Positions 9,738 through 18,767 of a stretch of DNA of 64,000 nt are shown piece after piece. Each line of letters starts with the position of its first letter. Within the stretch, counting starts at the first letter, position 1. Location of the stretch: assembly GCA_036405235.1 (NCBI GenBank), contig DASWYA010000001.1:197486-261485 (forward strand), in the 5' to 3' direction. The DNA comes from Candidatus Saccharimonadales bacterium (GTDB lineage Bacteria > Patescibacteriota > Saccharimonadia > Saccharimonadales > Saccharimonadaceae). Under the pieces are notes generated by a model that was not told where the DNA came from, made no database searches, and worked only from the letters and a program-made list of their open reading frames with translations. Made by a program: the position numbers and the translations under genes.

Positions 9738-10796
9738 TTACGAGTGTGTGCGGTCGTAACGCGATGCTGCGATTGAGCTGGCAATTGAAAGCCCAACGAT
9801 GATAAGACCTGCTACTCCAGCGATAACTTCCGGGATGTCAAAGAATAGCCCCGCAAGCAGTACGAGAGCAAGTACGCCAATTGTGTAGTGTGCACCATGC
9901 TCGAGGTAACGATATGCATGCAGTACGTGGCGTCTGACCATGAAAATTGTCAGTGAACGAACCCAGAGTGCCCCAATGCCAAGACCGATTGCGATCAAAA
10001 TCACATCTTTCGTAACAGCAAACGCACCGATCACACCGTCAAAACTAAAGCTCGCATCAAGAACTTCAAGGTAAAGGAATGCCATGAACCCAGCTATACC
10101 TGTTTTTACTACGATTCCCTTTGAGGCAGATTTAGCTTCCTGTCGACGTGTGAATAATTCTGCAAGACCATGAATGATGATGTATGTGGCGATACCGACG
10201 AGTCCGGCCTTGAACGTCTCCATTTGGTCGGGGTTCCACGGAAGCAGTGAGATAACAGACAGTACAACGACACAGACTGCGGTATAGAGCCACCAACGAC
10301 TCATGTCTTGGAGGGGCTTTTCTATAACGTTGATCCAGCGTATCTTTCGCTTTGTGTCAAAGAAGAAATGCAGGCAGAGCATCAGTAGGAACATGCCTCC
10401 AAATGACGCAATGGCAATATGCGCTTCATGTAGTTCATGGGCGTACTTCTCTGGTTCATTGAGCGCTAGACCAATCACGTCACCTGCAGGAAGACCTGCT
10501 GTAATCATGACAATTAGTATTGGGAAGACAAGACGCATGCCAATAACGGCAATAAAAATACCTACGGTGATAAATATTTGTTGCCAAAATCGACTGACGG
10601 TTGCAAGAACTTTCGCATTGATGATTGCGTTTTCAAAACTAAAGGTAATTTCTACTAATATCAAAACAAGTGCGATGAAAAACGCTGCTGGCCCCATAAA
10701 ATAGCCGACAAGCCCAAGGCTGGCGAGTGTGATAAAACCACTAATAAAAAATATACGGAACGGGTGATGTGAATGAAGAAGTTGTTTCATGCTCAT
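9738..10796 (-). CDS. Integral membrane protein, DUF475/TerC-like
   Basis: The 352-aa product is polytopic. An FSFENAIINAKVL motif and a duplicated membrane-domain layout resemble DUF475. Confidence 0.55.
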   Translation of the reverse strand: MSMKQLLHSHHPFRIFFISGFITLASLGLVGYFMGPAAFFIALVLILVEITFSFENAIINAKVLATVSRFWQQIFITVGIFIAVIGMRLVFPILIVMITAGLPAGDVIGLALNEPEKYAHELHEAHIAIASFGGMFLLMLCLHFFFDTKRKIRWINVIEKPLQDMSRWWLYTAVCVVVLSVISLLPWNPDQMETFKAGLVGIATYIIIHGLAELFTRRQEAKSASKGIVVKTGIAGFMAFLYLEVLDASFSFDGVIGAFAVTKDVILIAIGLGIGALWVRSLTIFMVRRHVLHAYRYLEHGAHYTIGVLALVLLAGLFFDIPEVIAGVAGLIIVGLSIASSIAASRYDRTHS

Positions 10797-10839
10797 ATAA
10801 GTATAACGGATTTGTGCTATATTCTATAAATAGAAGGCT

Positions 10840-11490
10840 ATGATACATAAACTATCAAAAGTAGAACTTGTCGAAGCGCAAATCGCATTGTTTGTGGCGG
10901 TGCTGCTGCAGTTTGTGGTGTGGCTCATCAATGATCATATTTTTTCTGTACCGCAATATATTCTGATAGCAGTAGAGCTTGCCTTGGCGTTGTCGCTTGG
11001 CTTTGCAACGAGCGTCAAGAGCTTACGAGAGCGTACGCTGCACCATACGATTGCGACACTACTCATCGGACTCATTTCACTGGCAAATATCGCATCACTT
11101 GCCGTTGTCATCTATGCGTTGATCGTTGACGGCAGTGCAAGCGGTTTTGAGCTTCTCGGTTCTGCACTTGCAATTTTCGCTACAAATGTAATTGTCTATG
11201 CCCTATGGTATTGGGAAATTGATAGCCCAGGTCTGACGAATCGACGCTGGACAAAGTCCGATAAGGATTTCCAATTTACGCAGCAAAGTATGCCGCAGGA
11301 ATTCCCTGACTGGCGGCCAGAGTTTATCGATTATCTGTATATATCCGCCATAAATTCAGTAAATGGAGCGACCACGAGTGCTCACCCTCTGACGCGTCAA
11401 GCAAAGATGCTGATGGCGACACAAGCGATGATTTCGATCTTTACACTTGCACTCGTAATTGCTCGTTCAGTAAGTATCTTAGGATCATAG
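10840..11490 (+). CDS. Integral membrane protein of unknown function
   Basis: The 216-aa product has 4-5 predicted TM helices. No confident family assignment was made. Confidence 0.5.
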   Translation: MIHKLSKVELVEAQIALFVAVLLQFVVWLINDHIFSVPQYILIAVELALALSLGFATSVKSLRERTLHHTIATLLIGLISLANIASLAVVIYALIVDGSASGFELLGSALAIFATNVIVYALWYWEIDSPGLTNRRWTKSDKDFQFTQQSMPQEFPDWRPEFIDYLYISAINSVNGATTSAHPLTRQAKMLMATQAMISIFTLALVIARSVSILGS

Positions 11491-11492
11491 GT

Positions 11493-11975
11493 ATGGACAA
11501 GCACGCTCTTCGTGAGCAGCTGAAGGCTATCCGCTCAGGTCTCGATAACGATTTTGTCCAAGAAGCTAGCCAGATGATTGCAAAAAAATGCCTCGATATT
11601 TTTAGCAGTCATACTATTCGCCAAGCGCATGTGTATCAAACAAATCCGAAATGGCATGAAGTTGATAGCGCTCCGCTGGTTGAGATACTCAAACTGGCCT
11701 ACCCTGAGTGCGAGATAGAATACCCGATGATTCATAGCGCGGCCAATTTTCCTGATCGAGAGTTTGATCTCATTATTGTACCGACACTTGGTTTTGATGG
11801 TGACCGCTATCGTATAGGGCTTGGAGCTGGCTGGTATGATCGTTTTTTGCAGATGCAGCCGAATGCGTTTAAGCTTGGCGTAGCGTATGAGGCAGGATTC
11901 GTGGAGCATGTACCACGAGAGACCCACGATATTCAGCTTGATGTAGTTGTTACTGAGGAGCGTGTTATCACTTAG
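11493..11975 (+). CDS. 5-formyltetrahydrofolate cyclo-ligase
   Basis: The 160-aa product has a VPTLGFDGDRYRIGLGAGWYDRFL motif corresponding to the GxGGGYYDR signature of MTHFS. Confidence 0.75.
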   Translation: MDKHALREQLKAIRSGLDNDFVQEASQMIAKKCLDIFSSHTIRQAHVYQTNPKWHEVDSAPLVEILKLAYPECEIEYPMIHSAANFPDREFDLIIVPTLGFDGDRYRIGLGAGWYDRFLQMQPNAFKLGVAYEAGFVEHVPRETHDIQLDVVVTEERVIT

Positions 11976-12945
11976 CTTCCCAAGGGAAACCCGCGTGTCC
12001 AAAGTGCCCATAGCGAGCCGTCTCTTCATAAAATGGCCGCTTTAGATCGAGAGCTTTGATAATACCTTTTGGAGATAGATCATAGCTTCCGACTGTCTCT
12101 TGAACTCCGTCAACCACCACACTTGCTTCAAGAGCCTGGTCGTAGCCGATTGCGTAGGCTAGGTGGACATACACCTCCTCTGCATTTCGCTTCTCAAGAT
12201 AATCAAGCGCAATCTTTCTAGCCATGTATGCCGCAGAGCGATCCACCTTTGAAGGATCTTTTCCACTAAACGCACCTCCACCAATTGGGACTCGAGGCCC
12301 GTAGTTATCGACAATGAGTTTACGACCAGTAAGTCCAGCGTCGGCATCAAAGCCTCCCTGTTCCCAGTCACCTGCTGGATTTATAAGGTAGTCGATATTA
12401 TCGAGTGGTTGCGCATGCTTAGAGGCTTGTAGCCAATCTTTTACTGCAGCTTTCAGCTTGTCGTGTGGGGCGTGTTGGAAACTTGCTACAACAGATACGA
12501 TCTCGTCGCCTTTTAGCGTGACTTGTGTTTTTCCGTCGTAAGGCCAGAGGCTATATAGGTGTTGATTGAGATTACGCGCGAGTACTACTTCAAGCGGAAG
12601 TCGCTCGGCTGTTTCGCGACACGCATAGCCAACCATTATCCCCTGATCGCCGGCTCCACCGGTGTCAACACCTTGGGCAATTTCTGAGCTTTGTGCGGCG
12701 ATATGTTCGATCACTTGTACATCACCTGCGATCCTCTTTACGATTTCGGTCACATTGATATCGGATGCGCTTGATGTAACTTCTCCAGTTACAAACACAG
12801 TTCCGTGTCCGCCGGCTACATCAATTGCTACACGTGCGTCAGGATCCTTGGCGAGGTACGCATCTAATAGCGCGTCAGAGATCTGATCGCAGATTTTGTC
12901 TGGGTGCTTTGGCGACACGCTCTCAGCGGTGCGATATTGCGGCAT
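11968..12945 (-). CDS. metK: S-adenosylmethionine synthetase (short form, 325 aa)
   Basis: The product contains GAGDQGIMVGYA, DAGLTGRKLIVDNYG and GGGAFSGKDPSKVDRSAAYMAR motifs. Confidence 0.9.
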   Translation of the reverse strand: MPQYRTAESVSPKHPDKICDQISDALLDAYLAKDPDARVAIDVAGGHGTVFVTGEVTSSASDINVTEIVKRIAGDVQVIEHIAAQSSEIAQGVDTGGAGDQGIMVGYACRETAERLPLEVVLARNLNQHLYSLWPYDGKTQVTLKGDEIVSVVASFQHAPHDKLKAAVKDWLQASKHAQPLDNIDYLINPAGDWEQGGFDADAGLTGRKLIVDNYGPRVPIGGGAFSGKDPSKVDRSAAYMARKIALDYLEKRNAEEVYVHLAYAIGYDQALEASVVVDGVQETVGSYDLSPKGIIKALDLKRPFYEETARYGHFGHAGFPWEAK

Positions 12946-13100
12946 AAAAATAACTCCTTAATGTTCCAGACACTTGCTAGGACAAAGGAGCTTTTAGGTT
13001 CATTTATCTTCCCTGCTCTCACGCAGGCTAGAAGGGGCACCGAATTCAATCGGTTGCCGACAGATCATCGAGCTAGATCTCTCACTGTCTCTGGATAGTA
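12946..13100 (-). promoter_or_regulatory. SAM-I riboswitch (aptamer about 13003-13100) with an SD-sequestering expression platform
   Basis: The minus-strand RNA CUAUCCAGAGACAGUGAGAGAUCUAGCUCGAUGAUCUGUCGGCAACCGAUUGAAUUCGGUGCCCCUUCUAGCCUGCGUGAGAGCAGGGAAGAUAAA matches the SAM-I core elements AGAGA..CGAUGA..GGCAACC..GGUGCC..GAAGAUA. It lies directly upstream of metK. Confidence 0.8.
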
Positions 13101-13202
13101 TATTGTTAAAGTTTGTCTTCTAAGGATAGTATCACGAGGGATATAACTTCGCAATATCACCTCTGGAAGAACTGATGAGTATTCTATATAGTATATAGAC
13201 GT

Positions 13203-14123
13203 ATGAATCCAGATCTATTTAATACTATCAACCAAGAGGTTCAAGAGTTTTTTACGCGGCCAGACGCTTATCGATCCGTGTTGATACTCGTTATTGCGGT
13301 GGCGCTTTCGTATGCCGTCAGTAAGTTTCTGGCAAATGGTATAGTAAAGCTGGCTCAGATTATTGGTACAAAGTCTGATGGGATATCGAATCGTCAAAGA
13401 CAGATTCGCTACAGACAGATTGAAACCTACCTTAGTATTGCAGTAGCAATGGTGCGAGCACTCGTTGTGGCGGTGACCGCATATGTAGTCTGGAGAATCT
13501 TTAGTCCGAATGCGAGTAGTAGCGCTGCTGCGATTGGAGCTAGTGCTTTGTTTATTGTCGTAGCTGGCCAAACACTTGGCCCTGTGCTGCGTGATATCAC
13601 GGCGGGTGCGGCGATGATTGCGGAAGGTTGGTTCCACGTTGGAGACTATATCAAGATTGAGCCGTTTATTGAGATGGCAGGAGTGGTGGAGCGATTCACT
13701 CTCCGCTCTACGAAACTACGTAGTTTGAGTGGCGAAGTGATTTGGGTACATAATCAGCAAATCCATGCCGTGCACGTAACCCGTAATGCGGCTCGCACGT
13801 ATATCGTAGATGTATTTACTCATGAACCATCTATCGCTCAGGCCGCTATCCAGGAAGTGATCGATGCCGTACCGTCAAATAGTGCTATGGTGCGCAACCC
13901 TATAAAAATTGGTGAGATCGAAAAGTGGGACAAACTATGGCATATCGTTGTCCACGCTAAGACTGCACCTGGTCGTGAATGGCTCATTGAAAGCTTTTTT
14001 ATCAATGCTCTCAAGCAACTTGATGAAAACAAGCAAAAGAATGAGCGTATTTTTGCATTTGAACCAACAGCGAGATATGCAGATCCGCGTGCAGAGAAAG
14101 AATTTAAACGTTCAATTCGTTAA
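13203..14123 (+). CDS. Mechanosensitive ion channel, MscS family
   Basis: The 306-aa product has three N-terminal TM helices followed by GDYIKIEPFIEMAGVVERFTLRSTKLRSLSGEVIWVHNQQI, the MscS beta-domain pattern. Confidence 0.75.
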   Translation: MNPDLFNTINQEVQEFFTRPDAYRSVLILVIAVALSYAVSKFLANGIVKLAQIIGTKSDGISNRQRQIRYRQIETYLSIAVAMVRALVVAVTAYVVWRIFSPNASSSAAAIGASALFIVVAGQTLGPVLRDITAGAAMIAEGWFHVGDYIKIEPFIEMAGVVERFTLRSTKLRSLSGEVIWVHNQQIHAVHVTRNAARTYIVDVFTHEPSIAQAAIQEVIDAVPSNSAMVRNPIKIGEIEKWDKLWHIVVHAKTAPGREWLIESFFINALKQLDENKQKNERIFAFEPTARYADPRAEKEFKRSIR

Positions 14124-14136
14124 AACTGGAAAGCTC

Positions 14137-15918
14137 TTAGTGCCGAGCTTTTTTCGTCTTAGCAAAATAAAATGTAGTAATTAGTCCAATGAGAACCAAA
14201 GCTATAAGTAGCCAATTTACTGTGGTCTCCTGCAGAGACGCCACCCCACTGTCAGGCGCTAACACGGTCGCCTCGCCTGCCTTGACAACTACACTGTATG
14301 GCCCAAGCTTCTGTACGCTGTTATCTGGATTGGTGATTTCTACGTAGACAGTGTGCTTGCCAGCTGGCAAGTCTTCGGAAAGCGTGCAGCTCCACTTACC
14401 GTTCGCATCAGCTGTAGTGGTGCAAGTGACTGGATCAGAGTGAACAGTGACGACTACTGTTGCTCCTGGTGTGGCTACCCCACTAAAGGTTGGGAGTGAT
14501 GGAATAGTCGGTGTCTTAGTGATAGCCTTGTCGCCATTAACGGCAACAGTTGGACTAGCGTTTTTATGGTAGGTAAAGGTTAGTACATTCTCTCCGGGCG
14601 TAAATGTGACAGTCTTGGCACTTGGCGTAGTGTAACCGGCAATGCTTGGCGGAGTGAAAGTTTTGGTTTGGCCGGAGCGATAGTACTGAGCGAAGCCAGA
14701 AGCAAGTTCACTTGCTTCTTGAGGGGTCGGGTTGGTAGGATCCAGAGGTGCTTTAACGGCAGAGTCTACGATACCGTAGTTGGTGAGGTTCGTACTGCCA
14801 CTGGTGCGGACGCCAGTGTATTGGGCTGGCGCTTGTAGCTGATTTCCCTGCTCATCTTTGTAGTGAATGGTAACTGAAGCGGGGTTGATAAGTTGGCCAC
14901 CGGTTGGATCATGCTGATCTCCGTTTTGGTTGACATCACCTGTCCACCACCATTCGCTCATAATACCGTCTGGTATATTCTGCGGGTTTGAAGGGCTACT
15001 TGTGTAGAGGCGCGTATACCACACGTTGTCGAGAACATTTTGAACGATGGAGAGGTCACTGCTGTAGATATCATGTGCAGGGTCGCTTGAATCTTCTATT
15101 GACCTGCCCCAAGTATTTTGGCCAGCGAAAGCGGTTGGATCGATAGATTGAACAGAAGTGGGAATTACTACCACTGTAATACGGTTAAATATAAAGGCGC
15201 CCTCATCTATGGTGGTAAGCGAAGTAGAAAGGACAACCGACCCAAGTTGATTACTCTGAAATGCATACTTCCCAATACTTGTTACCGAGTCTGGGATATT
15301 TACAGACGTAAGTTGATTACGGGAAAAAGCGCCAGAACGAATCGTTGATACACTATCTGGGATTGTTAGCGAGACGAGCTGGTTGTTTGAGAATGCATAG
15401 TCGCCAATACTTGTCGTTGAGCTTGAGATGGTCACAGAAGTGAGTTCATTGTTCATGAAAACGTAAGCGCCAATATCTGTTACAGAATTTGGGATAGACA
15501 CGGATGTGAGCTGATTATCGCTGAACGCCTGAACTCCGATATTTGTTACCGAATCTGGAATGATCACAGAGGTTAGTTTATTGTAAGAGAACGCGGCATT
15601 TCCGATATTCGTTACCGAGTCTGGAATAGTCACAGACGTAAGGTCTTTACCTAGAAATGCCGAGTAGCTGCCGTAGCTAATAGTCGTTACTGCGGTTCCA
15701 TCGATGCTTTCGGGTATTTCAACATCCCGGCTACAGGTCGGTTGCTCAGGGTCATTATTCTCGTTGTTGTAGTATCCTGTTATAGCACCCATTGCACTAT
15801 TGAACTGAAAACAACTGTCTGGAGTGGCAGCGGCATATGCTTGTTGGTATGACGCCAAGCCAACTATACCAGCACTTACGCCGATCACTAATGCTGTCTT
15901 GACGAAAAATTGATGCAC
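14137..15918 (-). CDS. Secreted/surface BspA-type leucine-rich-repeat protein with Ig-like C-terminal domains and a sorting-signal-like tail
   Basis: The 593-aa product has a signal peptide and about 8 tandem 23-aa repeats (LTSVxIPDSVTxIGxxAFxxNx). The C-terminus is LAPDSG followed by a hydrophobic helix and KTKKARH. Confidence 0.8.
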   Translation of the reverse strand: MHQFFVKTALVIGVSAGIVGLASYQQAYAAATPDSCFQFNSAMGAITGYYNNENNDPEQPTCSRDVEIPESIDGTAVTTISYGSYSAFLGKDLTSVTIPDSVTNIGNAAFSYNKLTSVIIPDSVTNIGVQAFSDNQLTSVSIPNSVTDIGAYVFMNNELTSVTISSSTTSIGDYAFSNNQLVSLTIPDSVSTIRSGAFSRNQLTSVNIPDSVTSIGKYAFQSNQLGSVVLSTSLTTIDEGAFIFNRITVVVIPTSVQSIDPTAFAGQNTWGRSIEDSSDPAHDIYSSDLSIVQNVLDNVWYTRLYTSSPSNPQNIPDGIMSEWWWTGDVNQNGDQHDPTGGQLINPASVTIHYKDEQGNQLQAPAQYTGVRTSGSTNLTNYGIVDSAVKAPLDPTNPTPQEASELASGFAQYYRSGQTKTFTPPSIAGYTTPSAKTVTFTPGENVLTFTYHKNASPTVAVNGDKAITKTPTIPSLPTFSGVATPGATVVVTVHSDPVTCTTTADANGKWSCTLSEDLPAGKHTVYVEITNPDNSVQKLGPYSVVVKAGEATVLAPDSGVASLQETTVNWLLIALVLIGLITTFYFAKTKKARH

Positions 15919-16061
15919 CCCTATTGTCCCCTCGCTATATTGCTACTTGAGACTATAGAGTATAAAAGAACAGGAGTCAATCCACTCATGGTTCAAGCTG
16001 AGTAATAATGCAGCCTTGAAATAATACATCAAGCATGTGAACGTTGTAGTATAATTGCTCT

Positions 16062-16655
16062 ATGAGTGAGCCAATGGGATTGAGGGAACGAAAGAAAATA
16101 CAGACAAGACAGGCCATGCTGAAAAGCGCCTATGAACTATTTGAACAAAAAGGATACAATCAGACCTCAATTGAAGAAATAGCCTCGAGAGCTAATTTTG
16201 CTCCACGTACTTTTTTCCTCCACTTTACTTCTAAGGAAGATCTTTTGTTTCCTCAGTCAGAAGAGCTATTGCAGCGATTGGTAGAAACATTTGAGAATCG
16301 TGGCAAGACATCAGCTGTTGAGGCGTTTAAGCAGTGGCAGGCCGAAGAGATGACCCCTATGTTGCTAGAAAACAAGCAAAAGGAGGCACTCCGTCGGCGC
16401 TTAATCCCCGAGAGTCGGCAGCTGCAAGCTCGTGTGCAATACTATGTTGACGAGACTCGACGTCTTCTTGCTGCAGAGATTGCTAAAGATAGAGGTCTGT
16501 CGTCTGTCGATCTTACTTCAAATATTGTCGCAACCGCTGTTGTGTCTACGTTTAGTAACATTTATGACAATGGCATGCAACAGCTTTCTCAACATGAGAT
16601 CACGAAATCTATTCGTGAGGCTCTGGAGGTACTTGGCGCAGTACCGAGCGTATAA
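16062..16655 (+). CDS. TetR/AcrR family transcriptional regulator
   Basis: The 197-aa product has an N-terminal HTH (RERKKIQTRQAMLKSAYELFEQKGYNQTSIEEIASRANFAPRTFFLHF). TATAAT at 16050-16055 lies 6 nt upstream of the ATG. Confidence 0.85.
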   Translation: MSEPMGLRERKKIQTRQAMLKSAYELFEQKGYNQTSIEEIASRANFAPRTFFLHFTSKEDLLFPQSEELLQRLVETFENRGKTSAVEAFKQWQAEEMTPMLLENKQKEALRRRLIPESRQLQARVQYYVDETRRLLAAEIAKDRGLSSVDLTSNIVATAVVSTFSNIYDNGMQQLSQHEITKSIREALEVLGAVPSV

Positions 16656-16793
16656 CTCGCCTGCTCTACTTTAGCTAGTATTATTTGATGTCGGAGATGA
16701 TGGTTTCACAGGCAATCTTGCCGGCAAGATGAGCTTTCTTGTCTTTCGCCGCTTTGTATTTGACCTCGCAGTTACGGTCGCCAGATAATCAAT

Positions 16794-17120
16794 TCATTGT
16801 AGATCCAGCACACTTCCTGGACCAGTGTAGTCACCGCTAACTATATGCTCACCCTGATTTGCCTCATGATCATACTGCACGAACTGACTCTCGTCCTCGC
16901 TCCAGTATCCGAATAAAGTAGACATAAGCACGTTATTCATCCTTAGAATTGGAGGTTCTACTGAAGTGTCTAGTTCGAGTCTGCTGGATGTATCCGTAGG
17001 GTCAACTACAGCGCCACTTAAGGCGATATTGCCAAAATTATTTACGACGATAGCGCCATCAAATACTTCACTTGCACTTGGAACATGATCTGCGGCAGTG
17101 AATAGTACTCTAGATCTCAT
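16794..17120 (-). CDS. Hypothetical protein (108 aa)
   Basis: An ORF only; no family was recognised. Confidence 0.35.
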   Translation of the reverse strand: MRSRVLFTAADHVPSASEVFDGAIVVNNFGNIALSGAVVDPTDTSSRLELDTSVEPPILRMNNVLMSTLFGYWSEDESQFVQYDHEANQGEHIVSGDYTGPGSVLDLQ

Positions 17121-17205
17121 ACGATTACATTAGCATAAATATTATAAAAAGTCAATATGCAGAGAGTGAGAGATGCTGCAATCAAAGCGTGCTTCTTCAC
17201 CTAGC

Positions 17206-17751
17206 CTACTCGTTGCGCATATACAGCTGACACCACACTCGTTGGCCATCGTTACCAGGTACAAACTCATCTGTATTACCGGATGGAGGTTTGCAATCAC
17301 TTGAGCTTCCTTTCACATACCAAGTAATTAACGCTCGACCATCTACTAGAACACCCCAGTATCTAATACCAGCACTCTTTATGCCGGACGTTCCTTGTAT
17401 TTGATCTGTAATCACATTTGGTAAAGTGCCGACTGTTCTAAGCTTGGTTAATAAGGTGGGATTAACCTCTGTGCTTCCATCTTCACCGCAGTCTTTTACG
17501 CCATTACCGTTTGTGTCGGTATTGTTTTCACCTAGACAACCTGATTCAGTGGGCCACTCTCCATTCTGGATCTTATACAATCTCAGCATCTTAATATATT
17601 GAGCGGCAGCACCTGATTGACTGACATTCTTTGCTCTTGTTTGAATACCGTTGAAAGCAACGACTGTTGTAGCCGCTAAAATTGCAATTATTACGATCAC
17701 AATAAGAAGTTCAACGATCGTAAAGCCTAACTGTTTTTGTTTTGCCCACAT
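17206..17751 (-). CDS. Type IV pilin-like protein
   Basis: The N-terminus KQKQLGFTIVELLIVIVIIAILAA is a prepilin signal. The C-terminal globular part has 4 Cys and a DTNGNGVKD loop. Confidence 0.75.
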   Translation of the reverse strand: MWAKQKQLGFTIVELLIVIVIIAILAATTVVAFNGIQTRAKNVSQSGAAAQYIKMLRLYKIQNGEWPTESGCLGENNTDTNGNGVKDCGEDGSTEVNPTLLTKLRTVGTLPNVITDQIQGTSGIKSAGIRYWGVLVDGRALITWYVKGSSSDCKPPSGNTDEFVPGNDGQRVWCQLYMRNE

Positions 17752-17832
17752 AGATCTTCTAATTATATCAAAAAAGACTTCAGGCGAGGTCTTGCATAAT
17801 GCTTATGCTTAGCTGGGGCTAGTGGATGTGTT

Positions 17833-18366
17833 TCAGGAAGAGGGTCTAGCTTTAATGACATTAAGGATGTCATTACTGACTGAGTTAAGAGATCTAGAGG
17901 CATCAATTTTGTAGGTGCAATCTAAGTATTTTTCATCTAGTTTCTTTTTTCTAGCTAGAATAGTGTTAAGTTCCGAGGACTTCTTCCCATAGTCGTTATC
18001 AATTCGTGAACGTAGACGCTCCTTAAGTTCATCGTTACCAATAAGTAGGTATATAACCTTGTCAAAGAGATCCAGTATCTCACTATCGTTCTCTGAAACG
18101 CCAAAAACTATAATATCTTTGTTTCGAGCATCTTGTTTTAACAATTCGAAAGCGTTCTTATACAATCGCCATTCATGTTTATCAAACCAGTCAGACTCTC
18201 GTGCTTCGGCGGGCGGTATATCGACTTTCTTGCCACTTACTTTATTATGAGCGCCACCAAATTGTGAGTCATCAAGGTCATAGACCTCCATACCCTTACC
18301 TTTAAAACTTCTTTGTATTGTTGTTTTTCCTATTCCTGGTGCGCCAGTTACATATATAAAGGACAT
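17833..18366 (-). CDS. P-loop NTPase / nucleotide-kinase-like protein
   Basis: The 177-aa product has Walker A at the extreme N-terminus (VTGAPGIGKTT), a size and layout typical of small kinases. Confidence 0.6.
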   Translation of the reverse strand: MSFIYVTGAPGIGKTTIQRSFKGKGMEVYDLDDSQFGGAHNKVSGKKVDIPPAEARESDWFDKHEWRLYKNAFELLKQDARNKDIIVFGVSENDSEILDLFDKVIYLLIGNDELKERLRSRIDNDYGKKSSELNTILARKKKLDEKYLDCTYKIDASRSLNSVSNDILNVIKARPSS

Positions 18367-18417
18367 GAACTAACTATAACAGAAGCTCCCGCCTAAGTAT
18401 TTCGTAGTGCTTATGGC

Positions 18418-18435
18418 TGGCTGGAGTGGAGGGAT
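18418..18435. repeat. Degenerate copy (17/18 nt) of the 3' end of tRNA-Gln
   Basis: tggctggagtggagggat at 18418-18435 compares with tggctggggtggagggat at 18596-18613 in the same orientation, 160 nt downstream of the tRNA. Confidence 0.7.
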
Positions 18436-18595
18436 ATCGGCTAAGACCTCCTCCGCTTGCTCGAAAAATAAGCAAGCTAATTTTTCTTCACTGCACTACG
18501 CCGAACCCCGCGATGTTTTGTTTCACAAAACCGGGGTTTCAAATCTTCAGCTCTAGAAATGAAAATATCCCGACCAGAAGGTCGAGACATTTTCA

Positions 18596-18670
18596 TGGCT
18601 GGGGTGGAGGGATTCGAACCCCCGAATGCCGGAACCAAAATCCGGTGCCTTACCACTTGGCGACACCCCA
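18596..18670 (-). tRNA. tRNA-Gln (anticodon UUG), CCA encoded
   Basis: The minus strand reads UGGGGUG UC GCCAAGUGGUAAGGC A CCGGA UUUUGGU UCCGG CAUUC GGGGG UUCGAAU CCCUC CACCCCA G CCA. This is a cloverleaf with U1-A72, as in bacterial tRNA-Gln. Confidence 0.93.
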
Positions 18671-18713
18671 ATATGTGTAGCGCGTCTACCAGCATAGCAT
18701 ATTTACTGGGGTG

Positions 18714-18751
18714 AAAAAAGCCCGCCTGTGGCGGGAGTGGCGGGCTTTTTT
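18714..18751. terminator. Bidirectional rho-independent terminator downstream of greA
   Basis: aaaaaaGCCCGCC-tgtggcgggagt-GGCGGGCtttttt has a GC-rich stem flanked by A6 and T6. Confidence 0.8.
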
Positions 18752-18767
18752 CGCTTGCGAGAGGATT

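Noticed and set aside
14400-15700. Periodic roughly 69-nt DNA repeats were considered as a possible CRISPR-like or tandem-repeat array.
   Set aside because: They are the in-frame 23-residue leucine-rich repeats of a single long ORF. There is no repeat-spacer organisation and no cas genes.
16681-16793. A possible small ORF or gene remnant lies between the TetR gene and the 108-aa ORF (minus-strand frame ...LSGDRNCEVKYKAAKDKKAHLAGKIACETIISDIK*).
   Set aside because: There is no ATG, GTG or TTG start after the in-frame TGA, and it is not in frame with the upstream 108-aa ORF. At best it is a decayed remnant, which cannot be supported without a homologue.
14137-18366. I considered whether a prophage or integrative element sits next to tRNA-Gln.
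   Set aside because: The genes look accessory and a tRNA 3'-end scar exists, but there is no integrase, recombinase, phage structural gene or second boundary repeat in the window. I report only the scar.
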